64,000 bases of DNA, taken from NCBI GenBank assembly GCA_000182565.2, contig KQ257454.1; one strand, given 5' to 3'. The position numbers were made by a program, and so were the translations under genes. The notes beneath the pieces were generated by a model, which saw only the letters and a program-made list of their open reading frames with translations, was not told where the DNA came from and ran no database searches. This DNA is from Spizellomyces punctatus DAOM BR117 (Eukaryota). This document shows, piece by piece, positions 1-12,729 of this stretch (positions are counted from its first letter, which is position 1; each line of letters opens with the position of its first letter).

Positions 1-329
1 CTCACTACAAACACACGTGAGTCATCACAAATACAGCTCCGACGTTGGGTGACAACGACAACGACAACGGCGTTTTGCAACGCAGAGTGTTGCATTGGAA
101 TTGTTCAAGAGGAAACAGTGGGTTTATTCTTTTGATAAATATATAGAGTGATGAAAAGCAATGTACTTTAGTACACACAACACATTGTGACGCCAGTTGG
201 GTGCTTCTTCGCAACTCCTTCTGGAGCTTTAACCAGACTTTGTACGTTTCTGCCAAGCCGAATCACCTCCCAATCAACCATACAAACACTCATCTTCCCA
301 ACCAAAGCCTATTAATAAATACAGGTACA

Positions 330-1121
330 TTACACGACATACCACGTCGACCCTCCCGACTTTTTTCTCCCCCGACCCTTCAGATCAATCTCCTTCTTCC
401 GCGCCTCTTCAGATTTTAGTTTGGAAGGCCTCTTTCCGATATTCTCGATAGGTACAGGGAACATTTCTTCCAGGGTTTGTTCAATCTTCACTTCAGAGAG
501 ACCCTCCGCGCGGAGCACCTCGGCCTGTCGCTCGCGTTGGACAACAGCCTGTGCACGGACCCATTGCGTACGGCGCTCCCAGACAACTTGCTTGATCCGA
601 TTCATTGTCAGCTTCACCTGTGACGACATATGTTAGTGTTGGGCAGGGGACGTTCTCATCGGCCCAATTATAGGGTAAACTCAAACTTTACCTGGAACAA
701 TCGATCTTTGTGCGGAAAGAAAAGCGAGAACCGTCTGGCCTCCTCTTTTTGCGAATAGAGCTTATTTTGCTCCTTTATGCACACCCACCACAACTGGTGC
801 AAGTCCTCAAAGCTCTTCTTCCGAAGTTCGGCAGCAAGCCATGCTCGTCCTAAGCATAAAGGAAAACATAAACCCTTTGCAATTGAATGATGCCATTTTG
901 TTCCTCAACTTACCTGTAGGAAGTGCAGAGTCCGACCATGTCCATCCCTTTTCATTGTCAAAAAAGTCCTGCAGTCCTCGTCGTAGGATACCGCCAACTG
1001 GGCCGGCACTGGCAGCAGTGAAAGGGGTAGAAAGGGCAGGACGGTTTCTGGCGGCCGAAAATGCTGTTCGCACTGTTGAGGAGAAGCAGCGCTGGAGTGC
1101 TATCAGAGGTCGTGCTGCCAT
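330..1121 (-). CDS. MRPL4: Mitochondrial large-subunit ribosomal protein uL29m (MrpL4/MRPL47), 3 exons
   Basis: Presequence-like N-terminus. Spliced product reads [31 protein letters not shown]...[15 protein letters not shown], the uL29m signature. Confidence 0.92.
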
Positions 1122-1283
1122 GTCTTATATGTTGGCAATCTGCAAAATCCTACTCCAAGCTCTTGATGCGCGATTGTCCAAAAACGTGAGTCATGCGTTG
1201 TCATAGAAATCGAATCTGCGCTTCAACGTTGAGAATAAAGATCGGTTGGAACTCTTCGACATTGTTACTCCAGGAACCCCACA

Positions 1284-1784
1284 ATGTTCATTCGCACAAC
1301 ACGACTACATGCGCTTCGCTCGCTACGGAAGGAGACAGCTCGTCCTTCGTCTACATCAACCCGCTCCTCCCTTCCCCGCCGGACAACAGCATTTTCGAGT
1401 ACCCCACTAGGACCGTCTATCAACCCGCAACCCACCGCCTCATTTGCCTCCCGGAATATGTGTTCGGTATCCAGCAGCACAATGGTGAGTGCCACCAAAT
1501 CAACTTAGAATGTGACCAGGGGCGGAGCACCGGCTGAAGGTTCCGCTTAGACATCCCTTGTTCCGTCGACCCTTGCCAAAACCCTTCATGCGAGGTCAGC
1601 TGCAGTAACACTAGCAAGAACGTACGGGGTTTGCGATTCAGACGATCTATAACGTTTTTTGTGGGTCATGTTTGAGTTTGGGGGTACACTAGGGCGAAGG
1701 ATATCTGAAGATGTCGATATGCGGAGGAGTTCTTGGAGCCGCCACAGAAGACCGAGTGACACATCAAATTTCGATAGCCGCTAG
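1284..1784 (+). CDS. Hypothetical small protein with a mitochondrial-presequence-like N-terminus; 3' exon structure uncertain
   Basis: ATG at 1284 divergent from MRPL4. Arg/Ser/Thr-rich, acid-poor N-terminus, strong donor ATG|GTGAGT at 1485, and open downstream exons. Confidence 0.35.
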
Positions 1785-2062
1785 GGAATGGGTCCGGAAG
1801 AAAAGATGCTATAGAATCTGATGCGCGCGATGAGTCGTGAAACACATGCCATGTCTACATATCCTCACAATAAAATAATGGCACAAAGCGATATCGAGCT
1901 CACGATCAAAGAAATAATGATGCAGTTTTCAGTTTCTTGTTTCTCTGTAGTTGCGACGCATTTGTAGTCATTACGCTGGCACTATATATTAGGTTTTCCA
2001 ACAATACATCATCGTAATCGCAACCTCTACTAAATGACGCAATTTCCGACTGAATTGCACTT

Positions 2063-2580
2063 TTATGCAGCTGGCTTCGCCCTATGCATGATTTCTTTCC
2101 AAGTATTTTGAGCATCATTCAAATCCCTCTCCAGTTTGCCCGCGGCCCGCTCAAAGTTCTTTGCTTCCCTTTCGGACTCTTGCTTGCGCGTTTCGAGCTC
2201 TTTAATCAGGCCGGGAAGTGGTTCTTGTATGAACCTACGGGCAGAATGAAAATATGAGACGGATTCTTCGCCGATACAAGCAAAACAACGTTGGGATAGT
2301 CGCTCACATTTTACCGACAGCGCGATAGGACCCTGTATTGCTGTCGAGAGATGCGAGTTCCTTGACAGTGAGTTCACAAACGCGTTTCTCGCGATCCCGA
2401 GTGGAGAGCTGAGCTCGAACGATGCTGAGCTGGCGGCTAGTTTCAACAATTTTGTTTTGAATTTCTGTCAGAACCTATGCATCGTCGCAAGTGTAAGCGT
2501 GCGGAACCAACCGACAGCGGACTGCGTGAATAGAGGTGACAGACGCATACCTTTTGTGCAACTTCTGGGGTAAGAGCCAT
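2063..2580 (-). CDS. PFD1: Prefoldin subunit 1, 3 exons
   Basis: MALTPEVAQK|VLTEIQNKIVETSRQL...REKRVCELTVKELASL...YRAVGKM|FIQEP..., a prefoldin beta-type motif. Confidence 0.88.
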
Positions 2581-2741
2581 GTTTACTGATTTTGGTGTGC
2601 GAGTCCGGTCTGGGATCCTTCAAGATTTATAGGGTTGCTGATTCAGAAAGTCAACGAAGGAGATCTGGACCTCCAATCCGTCGTTACTTCATTATCCTGC
2701 CCGTCGATGTGAAAGTCACCACGCCGTTAATTAATCCAAAT

Positions 2742-3235
2742 ATGGTGAGATGCAAATGGGAGCTTCACGTAAGCGTTCATTCCCAATTTCTTCGAGTTTA
2801 CAACTATCATCACAACGCAATGGCAATTCTGTTTGAGGAGTTGCTACCCGATGTGCAAGAAGGTTGGCCCATATCAGCAACCGTGATTGAAAAGCGTCTC
2901 ATCCCACACAGCAGGTGTGGAGGACGACGAGGACGATGATAAATACCTGTTCCTCAGGAAAGCACACCTTTGTGGTATATGCCAAAGAAACAAGAACATT
3001 CTGATGGTAGCTTGTGAATTATGTTTAGTCATACGGGTCACGTCACTGCATGTTCAACAGTGACCACACAGGTGTCGGGCACTTTGCTTATTGCTGTTGA
3101 TCCAAAGTACTCTGTCTACATCCTCTTGCGCAGATATTCCCGTCCGTTCAAACATTGTATAATTAAATACTTGCCCGGCTTAAAGAGCCTGTAATACGCA
3201 CTCTCCACCAGGGAGAGGACGGACAGAATGTTTAG
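2742..3235 (+). CDS. Multi-exon small hypothetical gene; reading frame ambiguous
   Basis: A series of short GT..AG intron-like segments joins into an open frame of about 70 aa. An alternative ATG at 2820 gives an acidic peptide. Divergent from PFD1. Confidence 0.3.
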
Positions 3236-3561
3236 GTGTAGGGCCCTTTCAGATAAATAAAGGACCCCACGAGTTGAACAATCGAGACGAGAGCAACCCT
3301 GATATTCCTGGCAGCCCACCATTGAACTGACTGCTGCGGTATGCTATTTATGCTCATACGAAACAGCTTTCCAGTGCCTCCAGTGCATGACATTTTTGGG
3401 AGATGCATTATGGGTTCGTTAAAGTTGCTGGAGAACTTAACACACTGCTAGCATTCACGGGCCGCGTTCCACATAAGATGGACACGACATGGCTGTGCCG
3501 CTCATCGACAGCTGCACCTTCTCGTCTTGCACTCTCAACATTCCCAGATCTTAGTCTCAAC

Positions 3562-4219
3562 ATGGCAGACGCAAACGAGGTGAGCATTCGCTATTCCATT
3601 ACCCGGCATCTTGCACCTCTGATCCCTTTCACTAGATTGTAGTTGCAAGTCGGGCAGCAGATAACTTTGTGCCAACCTTTTACAAAGTTTACGACCGTCA
3701 ACGACATTTACTGCACCAAATGTACAAGGACTCTTCAGCCGTGTTGTGGAACGGAAATCCTCTAGTTGGGCAGCAGAATGCTTCAGAATTTTTCCTGAAG
3801 CTGCCTGCGACGGGTAAGCCGCCTGTCTCAAATCGCCTCAAATGTTCGGTCAAGGAGTGAAATTTGGTGCTCTTATCGATAGATCACGTTGTGCATTCCT
3901 ACGATAGTCAGCCGGTTATGGGTACGTAATTCAAGCTTCTTGGTGCTACTTGTCTATTTCCACTCATCGTTAACACGCTCGTCATTATTTACAACTAGAT
4001 CTTGGTCAAATACTGGTCACAGTCACCGGCACGGTGCGATATGGCGATGACAAACAGTCCAAGCTATTCTGCCAAATATTTGTGCTGAGCCCGGATACAG
4101 CAAATCCCACCAAAGGAACATGTGAGCGTTCATCTGATGCTCCTCTCTTCCAATAAGCATACTAATGACAGAACTTCTTGACAGATTTTGTCAGTTCGGA
4201 CCACTTTAGATTTGTATAA
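3562..4219 (+). CDS. NXT1: NTF2-related export protein (Nxt1/p15), 5 exons
   Basis: FYKVYDRQRHLLHQMYKDSSAVLWNGNP...HSYDSQP...ILVTVTGTVRYG...FCQIFVL...SDHFRFV*. Confidence 0.88.
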
Positions 4220-4319
4220 TTACCATAACAAGACCCGTTTCCCACGCTGTACATATAACTTATCATAAGCTGCCATACTCAATAGTTATCTTTGAATCTT
4301 GTGCGTATTGTGACATACC

Positions 4320-5696
4320 TTATCGTCGTTTGAACAAGTAATGAACCACCACCCATTCTTCACCACGCTGGTAGTTGAACAACTCCTATTGCACTCGCGA
4401 ATCAGCGAGTCATTCCACAGGTATAGCGTCAACCTGCAGAGAGCTTACCGCCACAGAGAGGTAAAACACACGCCATCGGTGGTACCACATCTTTGCTGCT
4501 TCTTCCCCATACGTTTTCACAAGGATCGGCATTGCTTTCTGCTTATTTGCATCAAGTCGCTTCAACCATTCTTCGCTCGTCTGCCCTGTGCATGTGATGT
4601 ATGTGCGTTAATGCTTAATCCAAACGGCCCCTTTGCCAAGTAGAAACCTACCATAGTTTTGCCCATTAATCGTCCATCTATCTAGAACCTCCACATTCTG
4701 CTGAAACCATAAGAAGAGGTCTTCGCAAGGCATTGTTCCGCCGGTGAAGAAATACTTTGCCATCCACGAATTGTCGTCTTCTGTTTTGAAATCGTACGGT
4801 GTAGTTTTATGTGCAAAGACGTGGACAAAGAGACGGCCTGTGTCTGGGACAATCCATTTTGATAATTTTGTGAAAAGAGCAGAATAATTCTTCATATGTT
4901 CGAACATCTCAATGGAAAAAACCCGGTCGAAGCTGGGTGAAGCTTCAGAAAGAGGTTGGTAAATAAAACAGAGGAAAATTACTTACGTCCTGTCCATCTC
5001 AAAGACATTGATGTCACCGGTCAAAATTTCAATGTTTGATAGACCAAGTTCTTCTGCTCGCGCCATAATATACTGCCGCTGGCTAGAGGAATTTGAAAGA
5101 CCGGTGATCTTTGAATTGGGAAAGCGCTGTTGGCCCGAACAACAAACAAGGTCAGCCAAGTTCCTTATGTTGTTTGGGTATTGTGAACACTTATACGCGC
5201 TTAGCGAACCTACTTCGGCCAAGAACAGGGAAAGCGAGCCCCAGCCGCAACCCAGATCTAGCACGCTCATCCCATCTTTCAGTTCAGTACGCTCCACATA
5301 CAGTGTCAACATGGCAACCTCAGCATCTTCGAGCGTTTTCGCGCCTTGGCAAAGAAGATACCTTAATTCATCCCAACACCAACTATATATAACAATAACT
5401 CAAACTTTCTCACCTCCCTCAAACAAGCAACAACTGTATTTCATCCTTTCCCCCAAGGACAGCTTGAAAAACTCTGTGGGAATCTCATAATGCTGCTCAT
5501 TGGCTTCTTTGGTGTGTTCCGCAATATCTTCGCGAGCTTTGAGCCCCTTGATGTAGCCAGTTTTATCCGCACTAGCTAACTGAGAAATCCGCCGGGACAA
5601 AAGATATCTGATTCCTCTGCGAAGAAGAAAGTCTGGTACCAAGCCTTGGTCGAGGGCCGGTTCGTAGATTGCAGAGAGCGGCGGAATGTTGACCAT
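4320..5696 (-). CDS. SAM-dependent methyltransferase, coclaurine N-methyltransferase-like (CFA/CMAS superfamily)
   Basis: ANEQHYEIPTEFF...MKYSCCLF, VLDLGCGWGSLSL, SIEMFEHMKNY, WMAKYFFTGGTMP, EEWVVVHYLF. Confidence 0.9.
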
Positions 5697-6306
5697 TGCC
5701 TTGCTGTATAAGAGCAGGAGATCTGAGTGCGGATAGGAGAAGGCGGGCGAGGCCACACCGATCGCGACAGTCGGTGGAATATTACATGTAATTGTAATGA
5801 TACCATATCGAGCTTAATGAGCGGCATGGTGACTTGATTTCGAACATGCCCATGCGTTGGAACCTTTCGAGTTATGGGCAGCATAGCGCTGGGCATGCAC
5901 ATGGGCAATTTAACGTCTGCATATCATTTATACCATGCGTAGTTCCGTGTGTCCGCAACCTTAGAAGCAACCTTGTATGCACGGTGGTTGCTACAATTCC
6001 CAAATCAAAATTAGTGTGGAGAACGGGAGATGGGCTGTGATAGTTTCGTATAGAATTCACACATATGATACCAATGTTGAAGGACTTTTGTAAAGCCTTG
6101 TGATATGGTGTTTCCTACCTGTCGATTGACCAAAACTGGGATGGACATGATGCCGGTATTCCTAACAGCTCCGTTATGTCACTGTGTTAAATCAGTACTT
6201 TAATGACGCTACCCATAACGTGAGCTCTCTGCTTAGCCACGAACTATTTGATTGAACTCGAGCTGTTTCTCCGTGAAGAATCACTTGGTTTGGAGGTCCC
6301 TGCACA

Positions 6307-7323
6307 ATGTCCCTCCGAGATTTCACCCGCATTGGTCGCAAGATTGTTGCTATCGGCCGCAACTATGCGTAAGTTGTCGCATTGTCCCATCACAACTCCC
6401 AGTCGTTGAAAGCGCATATGACAGTGAACATGCCAAAGAGTTGAATAATCCAGTCCCAACAAGCCCATTCTTTTTCCTCAAACCTACAACATCTTACCTC
6501 CTTCAGCCAGGCAAAATTGAGGTTCCGAGAAACTGTGTGGTGCACCATGAAGTCGAACTCGGCGTTGTCATTGGCAAGAATGGACGAGACATCACCGCCG
6601 CGAGAGCGGATGACTTTATTGGTGGATATGTCCTGGCGTTGGATATGACCGCTAGGAATTTGCAGGATGAAGCCAAGAAAAGCGGAAAGCCTTGGGCAGC
6701 CGCAAAAGGATTCGACACCTTCACTCCTGTCAGGTTAGAAAGAAGTTCATGCCCACGTCGATCGTATCCCAGATCTCTGACAAACTATGGTGCAATGCTT
6801 TTTATAGTGATTTTATTGAGAGATCTGCTATTAAAAATCCGCACGATCTACGATTGTGGCTCAAGGTGTGACGAGCATCATCGCGTACAATTCTAGGATG
6901 CCTTCTCATAGACGTCTGATTGAAAGGTTGATGAACGTACCGTACAAGATGGGTCCACTCAGGATATGATATTCAAGTACGTTTCATAGGTGCCGTGATT
7001 ATTCTATGATGGATAGCTAAACGGTTGCTATTAGGATTCCCCAGTTGATTGAATTCGTATCCTCTATCATGAAGTTAGAGGAGGGTGATGTCATCCTCAC
7101 TGGTAGGTTCACAAATGCGCGCTGCTACTATTAAAGAAAACCGGTAAATAAACATCGACGCACCATATGTTGCTTAGGCACACCAAAGGGTGTAGGACCG
7201 GTGAAGGCTGGCCAAACTGTTACCGGCGGACTGCAACTCCCTGGCTCAGGCAAAGATGTTATCGCGACCTTCTCATTCCCGGTCATTGGAAGACCAGGAA
7301 CCGGCGCCTTTTCAGCAAAATAG
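6307..7323 (+). CDS. FAHD1: Fumarylacetoacetate hydrolase family acylpyruvase/oxaloacetate decarboxylase
   Basis: KIVAIGRNYA, FFLKPTTS, HHEVELGVVIG, LDMTARNLQ, KGFDTFTP, GDVILTGTPKGVG. Confidence 0.93.
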
Positions 7324-7452
7324 TCGGATAAGCAGAACGATATGTTGAGTAGGATAGCTTCGTTGCATAGATAGATATCCATCATTATGTATTTGTCCGG
7401 TCTTGCATGACCCTCTAGGTGGGCAATATATATACAAGATCTAATTAGATAC

Positions 7453-8835
7453 CTACCTTTCTACATAAGGACCATTATTTCGCATTGCATTCTGCAGTCC
7501 AATCCCTATAATGTATTCGCTCGCCATAGCTTCCCCATCATCTCTTATGTAACTCGGAGGAGGATGGTCCTCCTTCATTTGCCTGGCTCGCAGAATGTGT
7601 GGTGTCCAATGTCCCCGATAAAAATCTTGCTGCGGCATCTCAACGGCATATCCATACGGCCTCATCATATTTTCTATCAAGCCCTGTTCCTCGGCGAACC
7701 CGGATCGTGGAACATATACAAGGGGAACTTGATGTGCAACGACTTCGGAACACGTGCCGTACCCACATTTTCCAACTACTACATCAACAGCATTGATAAG
7801 ATCCGGCATGTACCAGGTCTCGGCCCGAATTCTCCGCAAGCGTCCGCGTACATCTCGATCTGTAAAAGGGCAAGCAGCAATTCCGTACCATCCTTCTGGG
7901 AGCACATTCTCCGCTGTCCATGCACTTCCCGGAAGTTCGAATCCACCAAAAGTTATTAGCACACAGTGAGAATCGAGTGGGATATCCAGCTTTTCCCTAA
8001 TCGAAGCACGCGACTGGCGAAATTTGCGGACAATGAGAGGGACATCCAGAACGTTTCTTTGATCCGCTTCATCTTCAAAAGCAGGTATATTGATATACCC
8101 GGGGATCCTGATTAGGTATTGAGTATCGTTGTACATCTCTTTACATCGTCGAACCAGTTCCTTGTCCGATGGCCGTTTGGCGATCGCATCGAATATGGCG
8201 TCAAAGGTAAAGTTCGTGATCATGACAGTGGGGATTCCGACTTGCTGTGAACATTAAGGACTATTTTAAACCCGGCGGCGCTGCGAATGTTTGCGTCGGA
8301 TAGGTCTCACTACCTTTGCAACTCGAGCGGGTAAAAATGGTGCATCCAAACACACTATATCCAACTTTGCCTCCGCCATCCACGCCGCTTCCTGGCTAGC
8401 AACATCATTCATACCATCCAAAAAGCTCCTCAGCTGAACCATTGTCTTTTCGACGTCTACTGTGACAGGGTCCTTTTGTATTACACCGGGATCTAACGTG
8501 GCGATATTTCGGACTGTGCATTGAGGATATGTAGTCAAGAGATCGTCGAAAATGAAACGGGGTGCTGAGGTGGTTATTATAACGGCATGTCCTTTACAGA
8601 GAAGGGCTTTGATGGTCACCGTTGCCCGTCTTTTATGGAACAGAGGTTAGAGGGTTCACCTCTGGGAAAATGGAATGCAATTCTTATACTCACGTTGCGT
8701 GTCCAAACCCTGTATATAGTAGTAGTAACAACATGAATATACAAATCTATCAAATAAATATTTCACAATTCCTATGTGCTTACCATGTCCACTGACATAG
8801 AAGGCAATGCGTAGGGGCCTTGTCAAATTGCCCAT
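7453..8835 (-). CDS. GT-B fold glycosyltransferase-like protein resembling the N-terminal domain of plant L-arabinokinase
   Basis: IAFYVSGHGFGHATR, TNFTFDAIF, YMPDLINAVDVVVGKCGYGTCSEVVAHQVPLVYVPRSGFAEE. Confidence 0.8.
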
Positions 8836-9132
8836 GCCAGGTAAAAGTCGGCAAGCGAGCGCAGCACCAGAGGGATGACGGCCAGCGATCGCGTAAGCTT
8901 TTGGCCGCACGCCTTTCCGCAGCACTTTGCAAAGTACTCACGGACGTTTTTAAGCCGTCCAGTGGGATTATGGAGAAGCTTTAGTGCTCCCTTAAAGCTG
9001 GGTGTACATTTTAATTGGTTCACCCGACAGCGCAATATGTGTGACCTCACAATATGATTTGATGATATGTACACTGTCTATAGCTTTACTGCACGAAAAA
9101 ATCAGACCCGCTCCATAACCCACTTGAAAGCG

Positions 9133-10926
9133 TTAGTCCTCTTCATCTATTAAAAACTCTTCAATCTCCTTCTTCATCCACTCCCGACCTTTTCGCATAG
9201 TGATCTCCTCCCCGACATAAGCTGGTAGTATAACAGTAGCATCATCGATTCCTTTCTTTGCCGCTGTAGCTCCAAATTCTTGTGCGTCACGACATATATT
9301 TTGGCACGGATAGCAAAGGTACGGTATGATATTGATCGGCTGGTCTGCGGGCGTGCAACAGGATGTCGATGTGGATTCGGGGTTCACGGTTGGTGCACAG
9401 GCGCATGATGTTGAGCAGGGGTGTGTATTTGATGTACTTGACAATGCCTCAGAGGTGGTGTCACTGCTTGGCGCATGGCTCAATAGTTGTGAGACAGTAT
9501 GTCCGGATCGCCAGTCATTTGTACCGTCCTGTATTGGCCTAGCGAAACCCGGAGCTAGGTAAATTCAATGACCTAGGGAGAATGAGTATCGAAATGCCTT
9601 ACCCTCCGCACATCGGACACCTCATTACTGTTTTCGCCCGATGCTCAGATGTAACTTTGGCCGCAGTACGAACGACCGTGTTCACTGTCATTGGAAAGTC
9701 TCGCTGCAGCCCAACAAGAAATTCTGCAAAAATAAGGACTTCAGATCCAGAGACGTACATTCTAATGGGCAGACAGTAGCGCATCTCACCTTCAGTCATC
9801 CTATCAATACTAGATTTAGCAGGCATCGCCGTGGTCAACGCCGGCATCACCACGGTATCTAGATCAGTATACTGGTTGTAGACAGCAACTTCCTTAGAAA
9901 GTACGTCTCGAAGCGGTCGGGCAACAACCAGTCCTATGAATGAGAGATTCATTACTAACCATCAGATGCTGGCGTTGTTACAGATGCCCCTACCTTCGAA
10001 CCAGTCCGTATCTCCAGCAACCTCGATTGGCAAGCCAAATCCTCCACCTTTACTGGTTAAAGCTAATATCCTTATAGCCATTCTCGTTGCATTATCCCCC
10101 AAGATTAGGACATTACATCCTTCCTTCCGTGCCGTATTCAAAAGTGCCCGCATAGTAAAATGATGTAGTAGATCTTCCTTTGCGGTCATCTTTCCAAGAC
10201 CATGAATACTTCTCCGGAGCCGCGCGACGGGTGAGAGCGTCGATGTAACCCGATGTACCATCTTGAGCGTGACTGTGTCTGCCAAGTCGAATCCGACCGG
10301 TACAAGAGCCCCCCCATCAGATCCATCATCATTGCTAAATATACTCTCCAGAGGAATATGCAAGTAAGGGAAGCCAGACTTTTCGCCAATTCTTCGCACT
10401 TCGGCCTCCTTATCTTCACCTCCTAGTACGGCACTCTGATCTACATGACAAATCAGGACGTCAGAGAACTTCCGTTTCTTGCGCAGATTGGAGGGATCTG
10501 GTTCGTGGAATTCCGATAGTAGGTGCAGCAGTAATCTAAACGCAAAGACTTGTGAGCCTACTTTCAGAGGAGGACGTAAGAGCAGTGGTTCCGTGCCTAG
10601 AAGACGCTCCTCCAGAAAATGCGACGAGCGCTTTTGCTCCGTCAGCTATTTTCGTCGCTCGCATAAGGTTACCTCTGAAGCGGTAAACAACACTTTCTTT
10701 GAAACAGGTCCTGCAATAATGTTTGTTGTTTAGTTCCCCTCCCAAAGCTGCCGACACCTCCACTTTACCAAAATACTTACTTGCAGTACATGACCCGCTT
10801 CATATCCACTACTGGTGGTGATTGTTTGCATTTGTGACATAGACCTTCCACAACAAGCCGGCGTCGGCTGCGGATACTCGGGGTTTCAGCGTCGCCCGTT
10901 TGGATCTCCTCTTCAATAGAACACAT
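9133..10926 (-). CDS. CTU2: Cytoplasmic tRNA 2-thiolation protein 2
   Basis: N-terminal CxxC pairs, LVAFSGGASSR, ILGDNATRMAIRILALTSKGGG, RPLRDVLSKEV, FPMTVNTVVRTAAK, LCYPC. Confidence 0.9.
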
Positions 10927-11061
10927 AATGGTTGTCGCCGAGGCAATTGCTGCGAATGGAAGAAGCATCCAGTTTTCAAGGACTGACTGTGCCCCCGATC
11001 AGTGGCAAAGTTTTCTCGCTTAGCAAGTAAATATGCAAATATGTAATCTATGGTACAAAAT

Positions 11062-12729
11062 CTAAGTAGTATGACCATCATTTCTGTTCTCAACAGCCAA
11101 AGATGGCTTGCTCCTCTTGCTCCTACAGAACTTGTAATGTTGAAACAGTGCTCGGCTCTCAATAAATCCTACGGTCCCTCTCCCTTGTCCATCCGTCTCG
11201 CACAGAGGGCATCTCATATCCAGCCCAACAGCGGGTTTCAAAGTCTCCAAATGAAGCTTCATTCCCCAATCTCTTTTCACAACGGCTTGACCACATACAT
11301 CGCACGGTATATAGTCATAATCGTCACCAGCACATTCTGATGAGGGACCTGAACCTTTGAGCTGGTCCACCGCAGTGGGGAGTTCGTCAGATGTTACGGT
11401 GGTATGCTTGTTGATCTCGTGCTGCCAGAGTGATTCGGCGTCGGCAAAGGATTTGGAGCACGAAGGATGTGGGCATGATAGATGTTTGGTACGATCAGGC
11501 TTCCAATCACTGCCAAACTTCTGAAGCGTGTGAACCATATGGACATGTTGGGTCCAGCCGCGCGCTGTTGCTAATTGCTTTCCGCAATGGGGACAAACCA
11601 GGTCTGATGGGATAGAAGCACGAAGACGGGCTTTTCGAGTAGGTTTCGTGAGAAGCAACGGCAATGACGTTTGGGATTCTGAGAATGATAAGCTTGAAAC
11701 TGGGCTCGATTTGCTCGATCGGGAGTCTGGAGATGCGCCTGCAGAGCGAGTCAGCCCCTCAGAAGCTACGGTAAAATCGGTTATCGAGCTGTCGTCATCC
11801 GGGGCCCCTGTCGTCACTCCTGGTAGCAGGTCCAGATCAATATCGGTACTCTCCAAGCCTCGCCATATCACCTCTGGCTCTCCCAAGGCGAATCTAAACA
11901 AATGGCTCTTCATTTCGCTGCCGGTGTGCTGCTTTGTGTGCGTATTTTTGAAGCTCCCGCCATGTTTATTGCGTTTGACTACATAGCTTCAATGATGAGT
12001 TAATATTAGCCACTGCAGAGTCACGACAGCATCGCTAGACCTATTAGAGAGGAACTTACCCCGGCCACAAATTCTCATCGAACGCCGCGACCTGCGTGAG
12101 CCCCAGAGCCGATCGCGCGGCTTGCGCAACCAAATCCCACCGAGTTTCTTGCCCTTCCACAAGGCTTACACAGACACAAGAATGCTTAGGCTTCAAAACA
12201 CTTGCAACGCTACTGAAGAAATGGGCCATTAAGAAGCGATGGAGTCGAAAGTCTTCGGTTCCAAGGTGCGGGTGATTCCATACTGACAGTCCACAGAAAA
12301 GGCATTAAATAGCGCCAATAAAATCAGTTGTTAAAAACCCATCCATAACATACCTACGGCATCGAACTTGTTCTGGTCCCCAAAGTGATCTCTGAGTTCC
12401 CATGCGTTTATTCTGTGCAGGACGGTCACCTCTGCTGCGAAACGCTCGCTTTCCAAAGCAGCCAAAATTTCTTTGCTTTCGGGATATTTTTTATACAGCT
12501 CTTGTCTGTCGTCAAAGGATGTTGTGGTTATTTGAATCTTGCGACCACTGGTAGTAGGCAAGCCGAGATAGGCATGGCCCACATGAAGATTCTCATGGGT
12601 TATCAAAAGATCAGAAGGTCGGGACCATAAAATCCGGCAGAGCGCGAGGGAGAAGGAGAAGTTGCCATCACCGAGAATGAGCACCTGAAACGGCTCTAAA
12701 TCTCTTTGAGCGGCTGTCGTAACTACCAT
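11062..12729 (-). CDS. DUF2431/Bmt5-like Rossmann RNA methyltransferase with C-terminal zinc fingers, 3 exons
   Basis: VLILGDGNFSFSLAL, TTSFD, VVWNHPHLG; C-terminal CPHC..H..H, CPHPSC..H..H, CDVC and CPLC motifs. Confidence 0.8.

Noticed and set aside
1517-1600. TPP riboswitch-like layout (GGGG..hairpin..CTTAGA..CCCTT) in an intron
   Set aside because: The invariant CUGAGA is CTTAGA, the ACCUGAU and GCG-AGGGA elements are not properly formed, and the host is not a thiamine gene.
7930-7950. GTTCGAATCC T-loop-like motif suggesting a tRNA
   Set aside because: It lies within a coding exon of the minus-strand gene and there is no cloverleaf.
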